The notes under the pieces were generated by a model. That model did not search any database and had not been told where the DNA came from. It worked only from the letters and a program-made list of their open reading frames with translations. 64,000 nucleotides of DNA from an uncultured Phycisphaerales bacterium (GTDB lineage Bacteria > Planctomycetota > Phycisphaerae > Sedimentisphaerales > Anaerobacaceae): positions 160,001 through 224,000 of the forward strand of contig CAVYYI010000005.1 of the NCBI GenBank assembly GCA_963772725.1. Reading direction: 5' to 3'. Of this stretch, positions 12,064 through 21,546 are shown piece after piece. The position numbers and the translations under genes are program-made. How positions within the stretch are numbered: position 1 is the first letter of the stretch; each line of letters begins with the position of its first letter.

Positions 12064-14253
12064 TCATCTTTTGTCAAGCTCAATATAAGGCCGTCCCCTC
12101 CTGTAAAGGCTTAAACGGTTCTGTAAATCCTTAATCAGCTCTTTATTCTGTGAGGCCTGAGGTGACGTTTCGGCAATATTGAGGGCTTTTTCCTGGGTAC
12201 TTACCGCCTCTGAAAACTCACCCGCCGCCGCATACGCCGCTGCAAGGGTATCGAGCGGCATGGGTTCCTTGCCGCCTGAAAGTTCACAGGTTTTTTGGGC
12301 GAGTTTTACCGCTTCTTCCGGATTGCGGAATTTTGCATCCTTAGAGGTAGCCAGTAACCAGGCCAGGCCATTTAAAGATTGGGCATTATCAGGTGCAAGC
12401 TCTATCGACTTTTTGAAATGCTCGATGGCCTGCTCGTATTTCTGCTGTTCCATCAAAACACCTGCAAGGCAATAATGTGCTTTGTCAGATGCGGTATCCA
12501 GCCGCACCGACTCTGTAAGAAATGGTTCAGCCTCCTTAAATTTACCCTGCTGAGCTAAAGCATACCCGATATTATAATATGCCTCGGCGTAATCAGGTCT
12601 TATTCGGACGGCCTCTCTGAGATGTACAACAGCCTGGTCAAGTTTGCCTTGCCTGCCCAGTATCACACCGAAACCATTGTGTGCTTCCGCATCAAGCGGG
12701 TTCTGTCTAATGGCCTCAGTATAATATTTGACAGCTTCTTCTGTCCTGCCAAGTTTTGAAAGTGCGGTGCCCATAAATCTCTGGATGTCTTTAAAGTCAG
12801 GCTCTATCTCAATAACCTTTTTGAAATGTTCGACAGCTTCCTTAAATCTGCCCTGCCTGGCGAGCAGACCGCCGAGATTGCTATGGGCAAACGTATATCC
12901 GGGCCTTATCCGCAGAGACTCTTTGTTATGGCTCATTGCCTCCTGCCATTTGCCCTCTTTATTCAACGCCACTGCCAGCAGACAATGTGCAAGATAGTTT
13001 CTTTCTGTAACCTTAATTGCACGATTGCAAAGCGTTACACTGTCACTCCAGTATCCCAGCTCTATATAAGAGCGTATCGCCAGGCCGGCAAGTATTACAA
13101 ATGCCATAATACCGAGCACAAGCTTGCGACAGGACAGTTTTTTCAGCAGTTCAGGTACACCCCAGGCAGCAATAATAAACAATCCCGTTAAAGGAATATA
13201 GGTGTATCGGTTTGCTATCGACTGTGCGCCAACCTGGACTAATCCTATTACCGGCACAAGAGTTCCCACGTACCACAGCCAACCCACCGTAACATATTTG
13301 TATCTGCGCACCGTAAAAACCATCAGGACAGTTATCGATACTAACACCACAAAAGCGGCGGCAGCTTCCAGAAAAAATATGCTATTGTCTTTAATGTTAC
13401 TATACGGATAAAAGAATGCCAGATTAACCGGCCATACCATTTTGCCAATATACTCCAGATATGAAACCAAAGCGTTGGCAATCCTGATTTTTAAGGTTAT
13501 AGCATCTATACTCGCGACCGAACCGCCTTTTTGCTGCACAATAAAAGTAATTACGCTGGAAATTGCAGCAACAATAAACAAAGGGGCTTTTTCCAAAATT
13601 AAGGGATAAACAGTTTTCCATCGAAAATTATTTAGCCGTTCCAGCGGCCAATAGTCCAGCAAAAGCAAAACGAATGGCAGTGTAACGAGCATGGGTTTTG
13701 CCATAAGTCCAAACGCAAAAAGGAGAAGTGTCAGAAGATACCGCCCAGCGTTTGGCTTTTTAACATAACCGGTGTAGGCGAGCATAGTCAGCAGCAAAAA
13801 TAATGTGCTTAGGACATCCTTACGTTCTGCTACCCACGCAACGGATTCAACGTGGAGCGGATGCAGGGCGAACAGGGCGGCGACAAATGCGCTTTGCCAA
13901 AGCGCTCCGGTCATCTTTTTAAGCACGATAAAGAGCAGAAGGATATTCGCGATGTGCAGAAGCAGATTGGTTAAATGATGCCAGCCGGCCTTAGTTCCGA
14001 ATAACTGGCAGTCCAGCATATGCGACAGCCATGTTACAGGATGCCAGTTGGATGCTCTACCGGTCGTGAAAGACCAGATAATATTTTCGCGTGTCAGTCC
14101 CTCTTTGACGTGTTCGTTTTCCGCAACATATTCGGGGTCGTCGTAATTGATAAAATCATGGTTGTAAACCTGCCAGAACACCCCGAGCGCGACTAATGCC
14201 AAACCGGCATAAATTAAGATAATAGAAAAGTATCTGTTTATCGATTTATTCAT
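12064..14253 (-). CDS. Multi-TM TPR protein, TMTC/GT-C glycosyltransferase-like (copy 1)
   Basis: NYDD, HPLHVESVAWVAERKD, many TM helices, C-terminal TPRs. Confidence 0.8.
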   Translation of the reverse strand: MNKSINRYFSIILIYAGLALVALGVFWQVYNHDFINYDDPEYVAENEHVKEGLTRENIIWSFTTGRASNWHPVTWLSHMLDCQLFGTKAGWHHLTNLLLHIANILLLFIVLKKMTGALWQSAFVAALFALHPLHVESVAWVAERKDVLSTLFLLLTMLAYTGYVKKPNAGRYLLTLLLFAFGLMAKPMLVTLPFVLLLLDYWPLERLNNFRWKTVYPLILEKAPLFIVAAISSVITFIVQQKGGSVASIDAITLKIRIANALVSYLEYIGKMVWPVNLAFFYPYSNIKDNSIFFLEAAAAFVVLVSITVLMVFTVRRYKYVTVGWLWYVGTLVPVIGLVQVGAQSIANRYTYIPLTGLFIIAAWGVPELLKKLSCRKLVLGIMAFVILAGLAIRSYIELGYWSDSVTLCNRAIKVTERNYLAHCLLAVALNKEGKWQEAMSHNKESLRIRPGYTFAHSNLGGLLARQGRFKEAVEHFKKVIEIEPDFKDIQRFMGTALSKLGRTEEAVKYYTEAIRQNPLDAEAHNGFGVILGRQGKLDQAVVHLREAVRIRPDYAEAYYNIGYALAQQGKFKEAEPFLTESVRLDTASDKAHYCLAGVLMEQQKYEQAIEHFKKSIELAPDNAQSLNGLAWLLATSKDAKFRNPEEAVKLAQKTCELSGGKEPMPLDTLAAAYAAAGEFSEAVSTQEKALNIAETSPQASQNKELIKDLQNRLSLYRRGRPYIELDKR

Positions 14254-17200
14254 TCAGAAACAACTTTAGTTTATGATTGCTTATGCTGTCAATGGCCTAC
14301 ACAAATTGAGATGTTCTAATTGGTTTTCGGCGGGATTGGCGAATTAACTTCAGGCTGTGCCGATTTACCGGCTTTTTTCTGCATATCAAGCGTAATCCGA
14401 AGGTTGTTTTTGGCGCCAGCGTAGTCGGGTTTTATACGTATCGCCTCATTGAAATGTTTGATTGCTTCGGTGAATTTACCCTGCCTGGCCATTAAAACTG
14501 CGTAATCGCTGTGAACAATGGCGTTTTCCGGGTACATAATGAGAATCTTCTCATATTCCTTCACAGCCTGGTCAAGTTTGCCCTGCCTGCTCAAGACCAA
14601 CCCAATTTCAAGTCGTGCTCGCATAAGGTCGGGGTTGATTCGAATAGCTTCTCTGAAATGTACAATACTCTCATCGTACCTGCCTTGTTTGCTCAGAACA
14701 GCCCCAAGACCTTCGTGCGCTTCTGTATCAAGCGGGTACCTGCGAAGAACCTCCCTATACTGCATAGCTGATTCTTCAAGTCTGCCAAGGCTTAAAAGTG
14801 TTTTGCCCATATTTTTGCGGACACCGGCAAGTTCCGGCTGCTCCTTGAGTGCCTCATTGAAATGTTTAATGGCTTCATTTAATTCGCCTTGTTCTGCAAG
14901 TATATTGCCTAATCGGTTATGTGCATACACGTAATTAGGCATGATTCTCAGCGATTCTATATAGTGCATCACCGCCTCTCGCCGCTTGCCCTGTTCATAT
15001 AAGGCATCAGCAAGTAAACCATGTGCGACATAATTTTTTTCCGTAACCTCAATCGCATGTTCGAAAAGTGTTGTACTATTGCTCCAGTACTTTAACTCAA
15101 CATAAGTACGTCCTGCCAGTACAACAAGCACTGCAATTGCCGCAATACCGATTATAAGTTTTTTGCGGCGCAGTTTTCGCAACAGTTCAGGTATCCCCCA
15201 GGCAGCAATGATGAATAAGCCTGTCAGCGGAATATAGGTATATCGGTCAGCCATTGACTGTTCACCTACCTGCACAAGACCTATTACCGGTACGAGAGTT
15301 CCGAGATACCACAGCCAACCCACAGCGGCATACTTGTATTTTCGACAAATAAAAATTAACAAAACGGTTATTGCCGCCAGCACTGCAAAAACAACAGCGG
15401 CTTCCAGCAAAAACTCCCTGGTACCGGCATTAACAGGATATGGATAAATTACGGCCAGATTAGTCGGCCAAACCATTTTGCTGATGTACTTTATATATGA
15501 AACAATAGCATTAACGATACGAATATATAGAGGGAGTCTATCGACATTTGATATTGCTCCGCCGGCCTGCTGTACGGCATAGGTCGCAAAACTTGACGCA
15601 ACTGACAGAATCAAAAACGGTATTTTTTCCAGAACAAGACGATTAACGGTCTTATGCTTAGAACGCTTATCTCCAAATCTTTGCAGCGGCCAATAGTCCA
15701 GCAAAAGCAAAACGAATGGCAGTGTAACGAGCATGGGTTTTGCCATAAGTCCAAACGCAAAAAGGAGAAGTGTCAGAAGATACCGCCCAGCGTTTGGCTT
15801 TTTAACATAACCGGTGTAGGCGAGCATAGTCAGCAGCAAAAATAATGTGCTTAGGACATCCTTACGTTCTGCTACCCACGCAACGGATTCTACGTGGAGC
15901 GGATGCAGGGCGAACAGGGCGGCGACAAATGCGCTTTGCCAAAGCGCTCCGGTCATCTTTTTAAGCACGATAAAGAGCAGAAGGATATTCGCGATGTGCA
16001 GAAGCAGATTGGTTAAATGATGCCAGCCGGCCTTAGTTCCGAATAACTGGCAGTCCAGCATATGCGACAGCCATGTTACAGGATGCCAGTTGGATGCTGT
16101 CTTTGTGGTAAATGACCAGATAATGCTTTCGTGTGTCAGTCCCGCTTTAATGTGTTCGTTATTAACAATATAATCCGGGTCATCGTAATTAATGAATTTA
16201 TGGCTGCTTACCTGCCAATAAACAGCAAGGGTCAATAAGACCAGGGCAAGACAAACCAAAACAACCGCGTATCTGTTCAATATCTTATCCATTCTGTAAT
16301 AAATTTAGTTTATTATGGCTTACTATGTCAAGAAACTAAGCGAATCGCGATATTTCAATTGGTTTTCGGCGGGGTTGGCGAATTAACCTCGGGCTGTGCC
16401 GATTTACCGGGTTTTTTCTGCATAGCAAGAATAGCCCGGAGGTTGTTCTGGGCATTGACATAATCTGGTTTTATTCTAATCGCATCATTAAGATGTTTGA
16501 TGGCTTCATCTGTTTTGCCCTGTCGAATTAATAGAACCGCATAATCATTATGGGCAGTAGCATTATCGGGATGCATACTTAGAAGTTTTTGGTACTCCAT
16601 GGCGGCCTGGTCAAGTTTGCCCTGAACACTGAAAACATATCCGAGTTCAATACGCGTTTCCACAAGGTCCGTGTCAATCTCCAAAGCCTTAATTAAATGG
16701 GCAAGTCCTTCATCGAGCCTGTTTTGTTTAACGAGCACAAGTCCGAGGTCGCCGTGAGCCTCAGCAAGTTCAGGGTTCATTTGCAGAGCTTTATTAAGGT
16801 GGGCAACAGCTTCAACCAAGTTACCCTGCTGAGCAAGGGCACTGCCGAGCAGATAATACGCCTCTGGTTCATTAGGCAGCTTTTGCACAAGTTCTCGAAA
16901 CTTCGCGACTGCGCCTGCGATATCGCCCATAGCAATCATAGTACGCCCAAGATTGCAGTGTGCCGCCATAAAGTCAGGTCTAACCTGAAGGGCTTTGGCA
17001 AAATAAGGAATGGCCTGGTCAGGTTTATTCTCTTCAGTGAGGAGAAGACCAATCGCGTTATATGCATCCAGATAATTAGGGTTGATTCGCACTGTCTGAT
17101 AATTATGGGCCAAAGCCTCTTCTTTTTTGCCCTGCTCACTAAGGGGAGCAGCGATGCAATAATGTGCGACATAATTATTCTCCGTTACCTTCAGAGCATG

Positions 17201-18225
17201 TTCAAAAAGGGTTATGCTGTCATGCCAATACCGCTGCTGAATATAAGTACATATCGACAAAAGCATAAGTACAACTGCCGCGGACACACCTAAGGCGATT
17301 TTCTGATACTTCCATTTTGCCAAAAGCAGCGGCAGTCCCCACGCAATCATAATAAATAGTCCTGTGTAGGGAATATAAGTATAACGGTCGGCTAAGGCCT
17401 GGTCTCCAACCTGGATTATTCCTATCACCGGCAGAAGCGTTCCGAGATACCATAGCCAGCCCATAAGCAAAAACCGGTGTCGGCCGGCTACTCGAATTAA
17501 CACCAGCGATATTCCCAGCAGCGCTGCCGCGGACAGAACAGCCTGTAACACTGGCAGCTTGTGAATCGGATAAGGATAGAACATCGCCAGATTGCTGGGC
17601 CAGAACATTTTACCGATATACGCCATATATGAAGCAAGAGCGTTGATGACGCGAGCATACAGGGGAAGCCGGGTAATATCTATCATTGCCCCGCCGGAGC
17701 GTTGTGCGATAAAGGTAACAACACTTGACGCTATTACCAGGACCAAAAACGGTACTTTTTCCAACACAAGACGGCGACAAATCTTAAGTTTAGAGCAATT
17801 ATTCCCAAACCGTTCCAGCGGCCAATAGTCCAGCAAAAGCAAAACGAATGGCAGTGTAACGAGCATGGGTTTTGCCATAAGTCCAAACGCAAAAAGGAGA
17901 AGTGTCAGAAGATACCTCCCAGCGTTTGGCTTTTTAACATAACCGGTGTAGGCGAGCATAGTCAGCAGCAAAAATAATGTGCTTAGGACATCCTTACGTT
18001 CTGCTACCCACGCAACGGATTCTACGTGGAGCGGATGCAGGGCGAACAGGGCGGCGACAAATGCGCTTTGCCAAAGCGCTCCGGTCATCTTTTTAAGTAC
18101 GATAAAGAGCAGAAGGGTATTCGCGATGTGCAGAAGCAGATTGGTTAAATGATGCCAGCCGGCCTTAGTTCCGAATAACTGGCAGTCCAGCATATGCGAC
18201 AGCCATGTTACAGGATGCCAGTTGG
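13642..18225. repeat. 410-bp near-identical block in three copies (13642-14051, 15684-16093, 17816-18225)
   Basis: Direct comparison shows only a handful of substitutions between copies. Confidence 0.9.
14316..16292 (-). CDS. Multi-TM TPR protein, TMTC/GT-C-like (copy 2)
   Basis: Same motifs plus ADRYTY; TPR tail. Confidence 0.8.
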   Translation of the reverse strand: MDKILNRYAVVLVCLALVLLTLAVYWQVSSHKFINYDDPDYIVNNEHIKAGLTHESIIWSFTTKTASNWHPVTWLSHMLDCQLFGTKAGWHHLTNLLLHIANILLLFIVLKKMTGALWQSAFVAALFALHPLHVESVAWVAERKDVLSTLFLLLTMLAYTGYVKKPNAGRYLLTLLLFAFGLMAKPMLVTLPFVLLLLDYWPLQRFGDKRSKHKTVNRLVLEKIPFLILSVASSFATYAVQQAGGAISNVDRLPLYIRIVNAIVSYIKYISKMVWPTNLAVIYPYPVNAGTREFLLEAAVVFAVLAAITVLLIFICRKYKYAAVGWLWYLGTLVPVIGLVQVGEQSMADRYTYIPLTGLFIIAAWGIPELLRKLRRKKLIIGIAAIAVLVVLAGRTYVELKYWSNSTTLFEHAIEVTEKNYVAHGLLADALYEQGKRREAVMHYIESLRIMPNYVYAHNRLGNILAEQGELNEAIKHFNEALKEQPELAGVRKNMGKTLLSLGRLEESAMQYREVLRRYPLDTEAHEGLGAVLSKQGRYDESIVHFREAIRINPDLMRARLEIGLVLSRQGKLDQAVKEYEKILIMYPENAIVHSDYAVLMARQGKFTEAIKHFNEAIRIKPDYAGAKNNLRITLDMQKKAGKSAQPEVNSPIPPKTN

Positions 18226-18424
18226 TGGCGCGAAAAGTGGAAAAAGCCCAGAGGAAGTTCTGGTAAGTAACCCCTGATGTAACATGCCAGTTGTTAAAAA
18301 CATACTCAGGGTCATCGTAATTAACGAACTCGTAGTTCATTACCTGCCAATAAACAGCGACGGCCGATAATATCAACGCAAGATAGATGAGAAGAATCTT
18401 ATATCTGTTCAGTAATTTATCCAT
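16355..18424 (-). CDS. Multi-TM TPR protein, TMTC/GT-C-like (copy 3)
   Basis: Same motifs; TPR tail. Confidence 0.8.
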   Translation of the reverse strand: MDKLLNRYKILLIYLALILSAVAVYWQVMNYEFVNYDDPEYVFNNWHVTSGVTYQNFLWAFSTFRATNWHPVTWLSHMLDCQLFGTKAGWHHLTNLLLHIANTLLLFIVLKKMTGALWQSAFVAALFALHPLHVESVAWVAERKDVLSTLFLLLTMLAYTGYVKKPNAGRYLLTLLLFAFGLMAKPMLVTLPFVLLLLDYWPLERFGNNCSKLKICRRLVLEKVPFLVLVIASSVVTFIAQRSGGAMIDITRLPLYARVINALASYMAYIGKMFWPSNLAMFYPYPIHKLPVLQAVLSAAALLGISLVLIRVAGRHRFLLMGWLWYLGTLLPVIGIIQVGDQALADRYTYIPYTGLFIMIAWGLPLLLAKWKYQKIALGVSAAVVLMLLSICTYIQQRYWHDSITLFEHALKVTENNYVAHYCIAAPLSEQGKKEEALAHNYQTVRINPNYLDAYNAIGLLLTEENKPDQAIPYFAKALQVRPDFMAAHCNLGRTMIAMGDIAGAVAKFRELVQKLPNEPEAYYLLGSALAQQGNLVEAVAHLNKALQMNPELAEAHGDLGLVLVKQNRLDEGLAHLIKALEIDTDLVETRIELGYVFSVQGKLDQAAMEYQKLLSMHPDNATAHNDYAVLLIRQGKTDEAIKHLNDAIRIKPDYVNAQNNLRAILAMQKKPGKSAQPEVNSPTPPKTN

Positions 18425-18716
18425 TCTGCGATAAATTTAGTTTATTATGGGTTACAATGTCAAGGTAATAGCGGACAGTTATTGGGACAGTTATATCTGC
18501 CCCGCTATCAGATGCCTTGCTCGTAAGTTAAAAAAATAAAAAAAAATTTCAAAAAAAACGTAATTATTATTGACTCTGCATTTACAGATTATATATTCAT
18601 ATTGTAAATGTGAACTTTTAGTTCACATAAGAAAGGTTTTTCGGGACGTGATTATTTCTGCGTAGAGATTCATCCCCTGACCTTTCGAACATTATTACTC
18701 TTTGAAGGAAAGTTGT

Positions 18717-20067
18717 ATGTTTAAAACACAAAGTGTTGATTTTAAGGATGAAAGCGACCAACCCCCGCCGTGTTCGGTTCTTGAGCAGGTACGAACCGAA
18801 CCTAAAACGCAGTCCCAAAAACCTCGCGAAATAAAAAATCACATCTGCTGGAATGACTGGAAGTGGCAAATTGCCAATCGAATCCGAAGTTACTCTCAAT
18901 TAATTGCGCACTTTCCGCAGACTTGCTGATACTCCCGGCCTCGAAAAGGTCATCAAAAAGTATCCGCTGGCTATCACTCCCTATTACGCCTCGCTGATTC
19001 GCCGCGCAGATGCTACTGATCCGGTTTTCGCGATGAGCGTACCGCAGATGGATGAACTTGAAAATCCCTCCTGCCTCAGGGATGACCCTCTTGAAGAAGA
19101 AGAGGATATGCCCGTCCCAGGTCTGGTACACAGATACCCCGACAGGGCGCTGCTCTTGGCGACAACCGCATGCAGCATGTACTGCCGTCATTGCACTCGC
19201 AAACGAGTAGCAGGCACAAGGGAATGCACCATCTCCCCCAGAAGGCTCGAACAGGTCGTTGAATACATTACCGCCCACCCCGAAATTTCCGATGTGATAA
19301 TTTCCGGCGGCGACCCATTCACCATGACCACCAACGCCTTGGAAATCGTGATAAGCAGCCTGAGAAAAATACCCACCGTCAGCGTCATAAGAGTCGGCAC
19401 GCGCACCCCAGTCGTCCTTCCACAGCGAATAACCGAAGAGCTTACCTCCATGCTCCGAAAATATCATCCAATCTGGGTCAATACGCATTTCAACCATCCC
19501 AATGAGATTACCGAAGAAGCAATCGCCGCCCTTACCAGGCTGGCCGATGCCGGCATCCCTTTGGGAAATCAGTCCGTCCTCCTCCGGGGCGTCAATGACA
19601 ATCCCCAGACTATCGAGCAGCTATGCCGAGGCCTGATTAAGAATCGCGTCAGACCCTACTATCTCTTCCAGTGCGACCTGGTCAAAGGCGCCGAACATTT
19701 CAGAACACCAATCAGTTGAGGCATCGAGGTTATGGAATACCTCCGCGGTCGCGTCAGCGGCATCGCCATTCCAAGCTTTGTTGTCGATGCTCCTCACGGC
19801 GGCGGTAAACTTCCGATTCTGCCCAATTATATAGTCTCCACAAGTCCGACCACCACCGTCCTGCGAAACTTCGAAGGCATGTTCGTAGCCTACCCGGAGC
19901 CAGCCGTGAAACCTCCCGCACCCGCGGAAAATTCACAACCCTGTCTAACCCCCGGCGTATGGAATCTCGCATCAGGGCAAAACACAAAAATTGAACCAAA
20001 ACGCGCACTGCGCCAGACAAGAAGACAAAACAACCACCTCTCCCACGATACAGCCCAACTCTTCTAA
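18717..20067 (+). CDS. KamA-family radical SAM aminomutase (frameshift ~18920, in-frame TGA 19717-19719)
   Basis: [48 protein letters not shown] (PLP lysine). Confidence 0.85.
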
Positions 20068-20094
20068 CCCGCGCAGCTAAATAACTTAAACCCC

Positions 20095-20126
20095 AAAACC
20101 CACAGCCTAACCCCTGTGGGTTTTTT
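20095..20126 (+). terminator. Intrinsic terminator after kamA-like gene
   Basis: aaaaCCCACAG-loop-CTGTGGG followed by a T run. Confidence 0.7.
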
Positions 20127-20257
20127 CATTAGCTGAAAATGCAGTCTCTGGACAAGTCAAATCAGCAAGGGTAAAATTACTTTATGAGTTTTGAACAGGA
20201 AGTAGCAATAAGGAGTAATATGATCGGTCGAAAGAAATATTTGCGGGAGAGGTTTCA

Positions 20258-20719
20258 ATGACAGTTTTGCTATGTTTGGATTTATTAGGAATTTTATGTA
20301 GTTTCTTTGTCAATCTTTTGTTGATAGAAGAATTTATTCTTCCATCTGGTAAAATAGCTATAACACTCAATATCGGAATCGGCTTAGTGGTTGCCGCCAG
20401 GCTTGTTGCAACAAAAGAATTACGCCAGGGAAAAGGGTGGTTTTTTGACAAAAGTTTGAAAAATATTTGTCCTTCCTGGCTAAAAGTTGTGATAGGATTA
20501 ATTGTCACATACGGCATTATTAACTGCATTTTTTCGTTGAGCGGAATGGTTTCTATGCTTTCAGTTACAATGACAAAGGATGATTATATAATTGCTTCAA
20601 GGAAGCTGTTTATCGGTTTATTTTCTTTAATAATGGTATGTTACGCCATAGAGTTTTTGATACTTTATTTATACAAAATTCTCAAGTCTTGTAGGGTGGA
20701 GTCACAACTCCATCTTTAA
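20258..20719 (+). CDS. Hypothetical membrane protein (~4 TM)
   Basis: SD-like GAGG before ATG; hydrophobic segments; AT-rich. Confidence 0.6.
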   Translation: MTVLLCLDLLGILCSFFVNLLLIEEFILPSGKIAITLNIGIGLVVAARLVATKELRQGKGWFFDKSLKNICPSWLKVVIGLIVTYGIINCIFSLSGMVSMLSVTMTKDDYIIASRKLFIGLFSLIMVCYAIEFLILYLYKILKSCRVESQLHL

Positions 20720-20778
20720 CAAAATATCTGCGTCATCGGTGTAATCCGTGATTAAATATTTCTGATTCACAAAAGAAT

Positions 20779-20807
20779 AAAAAAAGCCCCTCATAAAAGG
20801 GGCTTTT
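20779..20807 (-). terminator. Intrinsic terminator after fucU
   Basis: AAAGCCCC-tcataaaa-GGGGCTTT with a T run on the minus strand. Confidence 0.7.
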
Positions 20808-20837
20808 GGGTGATTGTTTTATTGTGCGAAAAAGGTT

Positions 20838-21269
20838 TTACGACTTAATCACGCCCTTTTTGAGAATGATGTTGGCATAAAGAGCCACCTCGCTTGTCGC
20901 GATTACCGCGTAAGCCTTCTTGGCCCTGTCGTAAAAGGCAAACCTCTCAACAAATTCAAAATCGGAAAACTTTTCGCCGCTGCTTTTAATGACCTTTCGA
21001 TACTCTTCCCAGATTGTCGGCTTTGTTTTATCGCCCGGCACAACCGCCATCAAAGCCGCGGGCTTTTCAACATAAATATCCAGCGGAAACAGTTTCAATA
21101 TCGCCTCAAGGAGCGGCGGCACATCATGCCCGTCGCAGCGAATGAGCCTCTGCGCGATAGACGCCGCCGGAAAATTCCCGTCCGCGATAACCAGTTCATC
21201 GCCGTGCCCCATCTCCATCAGAACCTTCAACAGTTCCGGCGACAATATATTCGGAATACCTTTTAATAT
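20838..21269 (-). CDS. fucU: L-fucose mutarotase (FucU/RbsD family)
   Basis: LKGIPNILSPELLKVLMEMGHGDELVIADGNFP...ERFAFY...YANIILKKGV; apparent start is ATA after SD GGAAAGG. Confidence 0.85.
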   Translation of the reverse strand: MLKGIPNILSPELLKVLMEMGHGDELVIADGNFPAASIAQRLIRCDGHDVPPLLEAILKLFPLDIYVEKPAALMAVVPGDKTKPTIWEEYRKVIKSSGEKFSDFEFVERFAFYDRAKKAYAVIATSEVALYANIILKKGVIKS

Positions 21270-21335
21270 TTTCTTACCTTTCCAATTGTAATTATATCGC
21301 AAGCAATCTTTATAATAATCCGCGTCGGATTTTAA

Positions 21336-21474
21336 AAATCCTAAGCACTAAACCCTAATTCCTAAACAAATTCTAAATCCAAATGACTAAAATAATTGCG
21401 GCCAGCTCAGATTTGTTTTATAAATTTCATTTTTTGTTAATTGTTTAGGATTTAGATATTAGGATTTAGGATTT
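21336..21474. repeat. Inverted arrays of 7-nt NNNCTAA units
   Basis: Left arm aaatcctaa-gcactaa-accctaa-ttcctaa-acaa; reverse complement of the right arm aaatcctaa-atcctaa-tatctaa-atcctaa-acaa. Confidence 0.7.
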
Positions 21475-21546
21475 ATAATCGAGCAGATTATCCGCCGCAA
21501 ACTGAAGCCAGCCCGCGGCGGATTAACTGCTTTTAGAACTTATTGT

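Noticed and set aside
18608..18628. Palindrome as a Rex or CRP site
   Set aside because: The spacer is 7 nt between TGTGAA and TTCACA (Rex needs 4) and 9 nt between TGTGA and TCACA (CRP needs 6).
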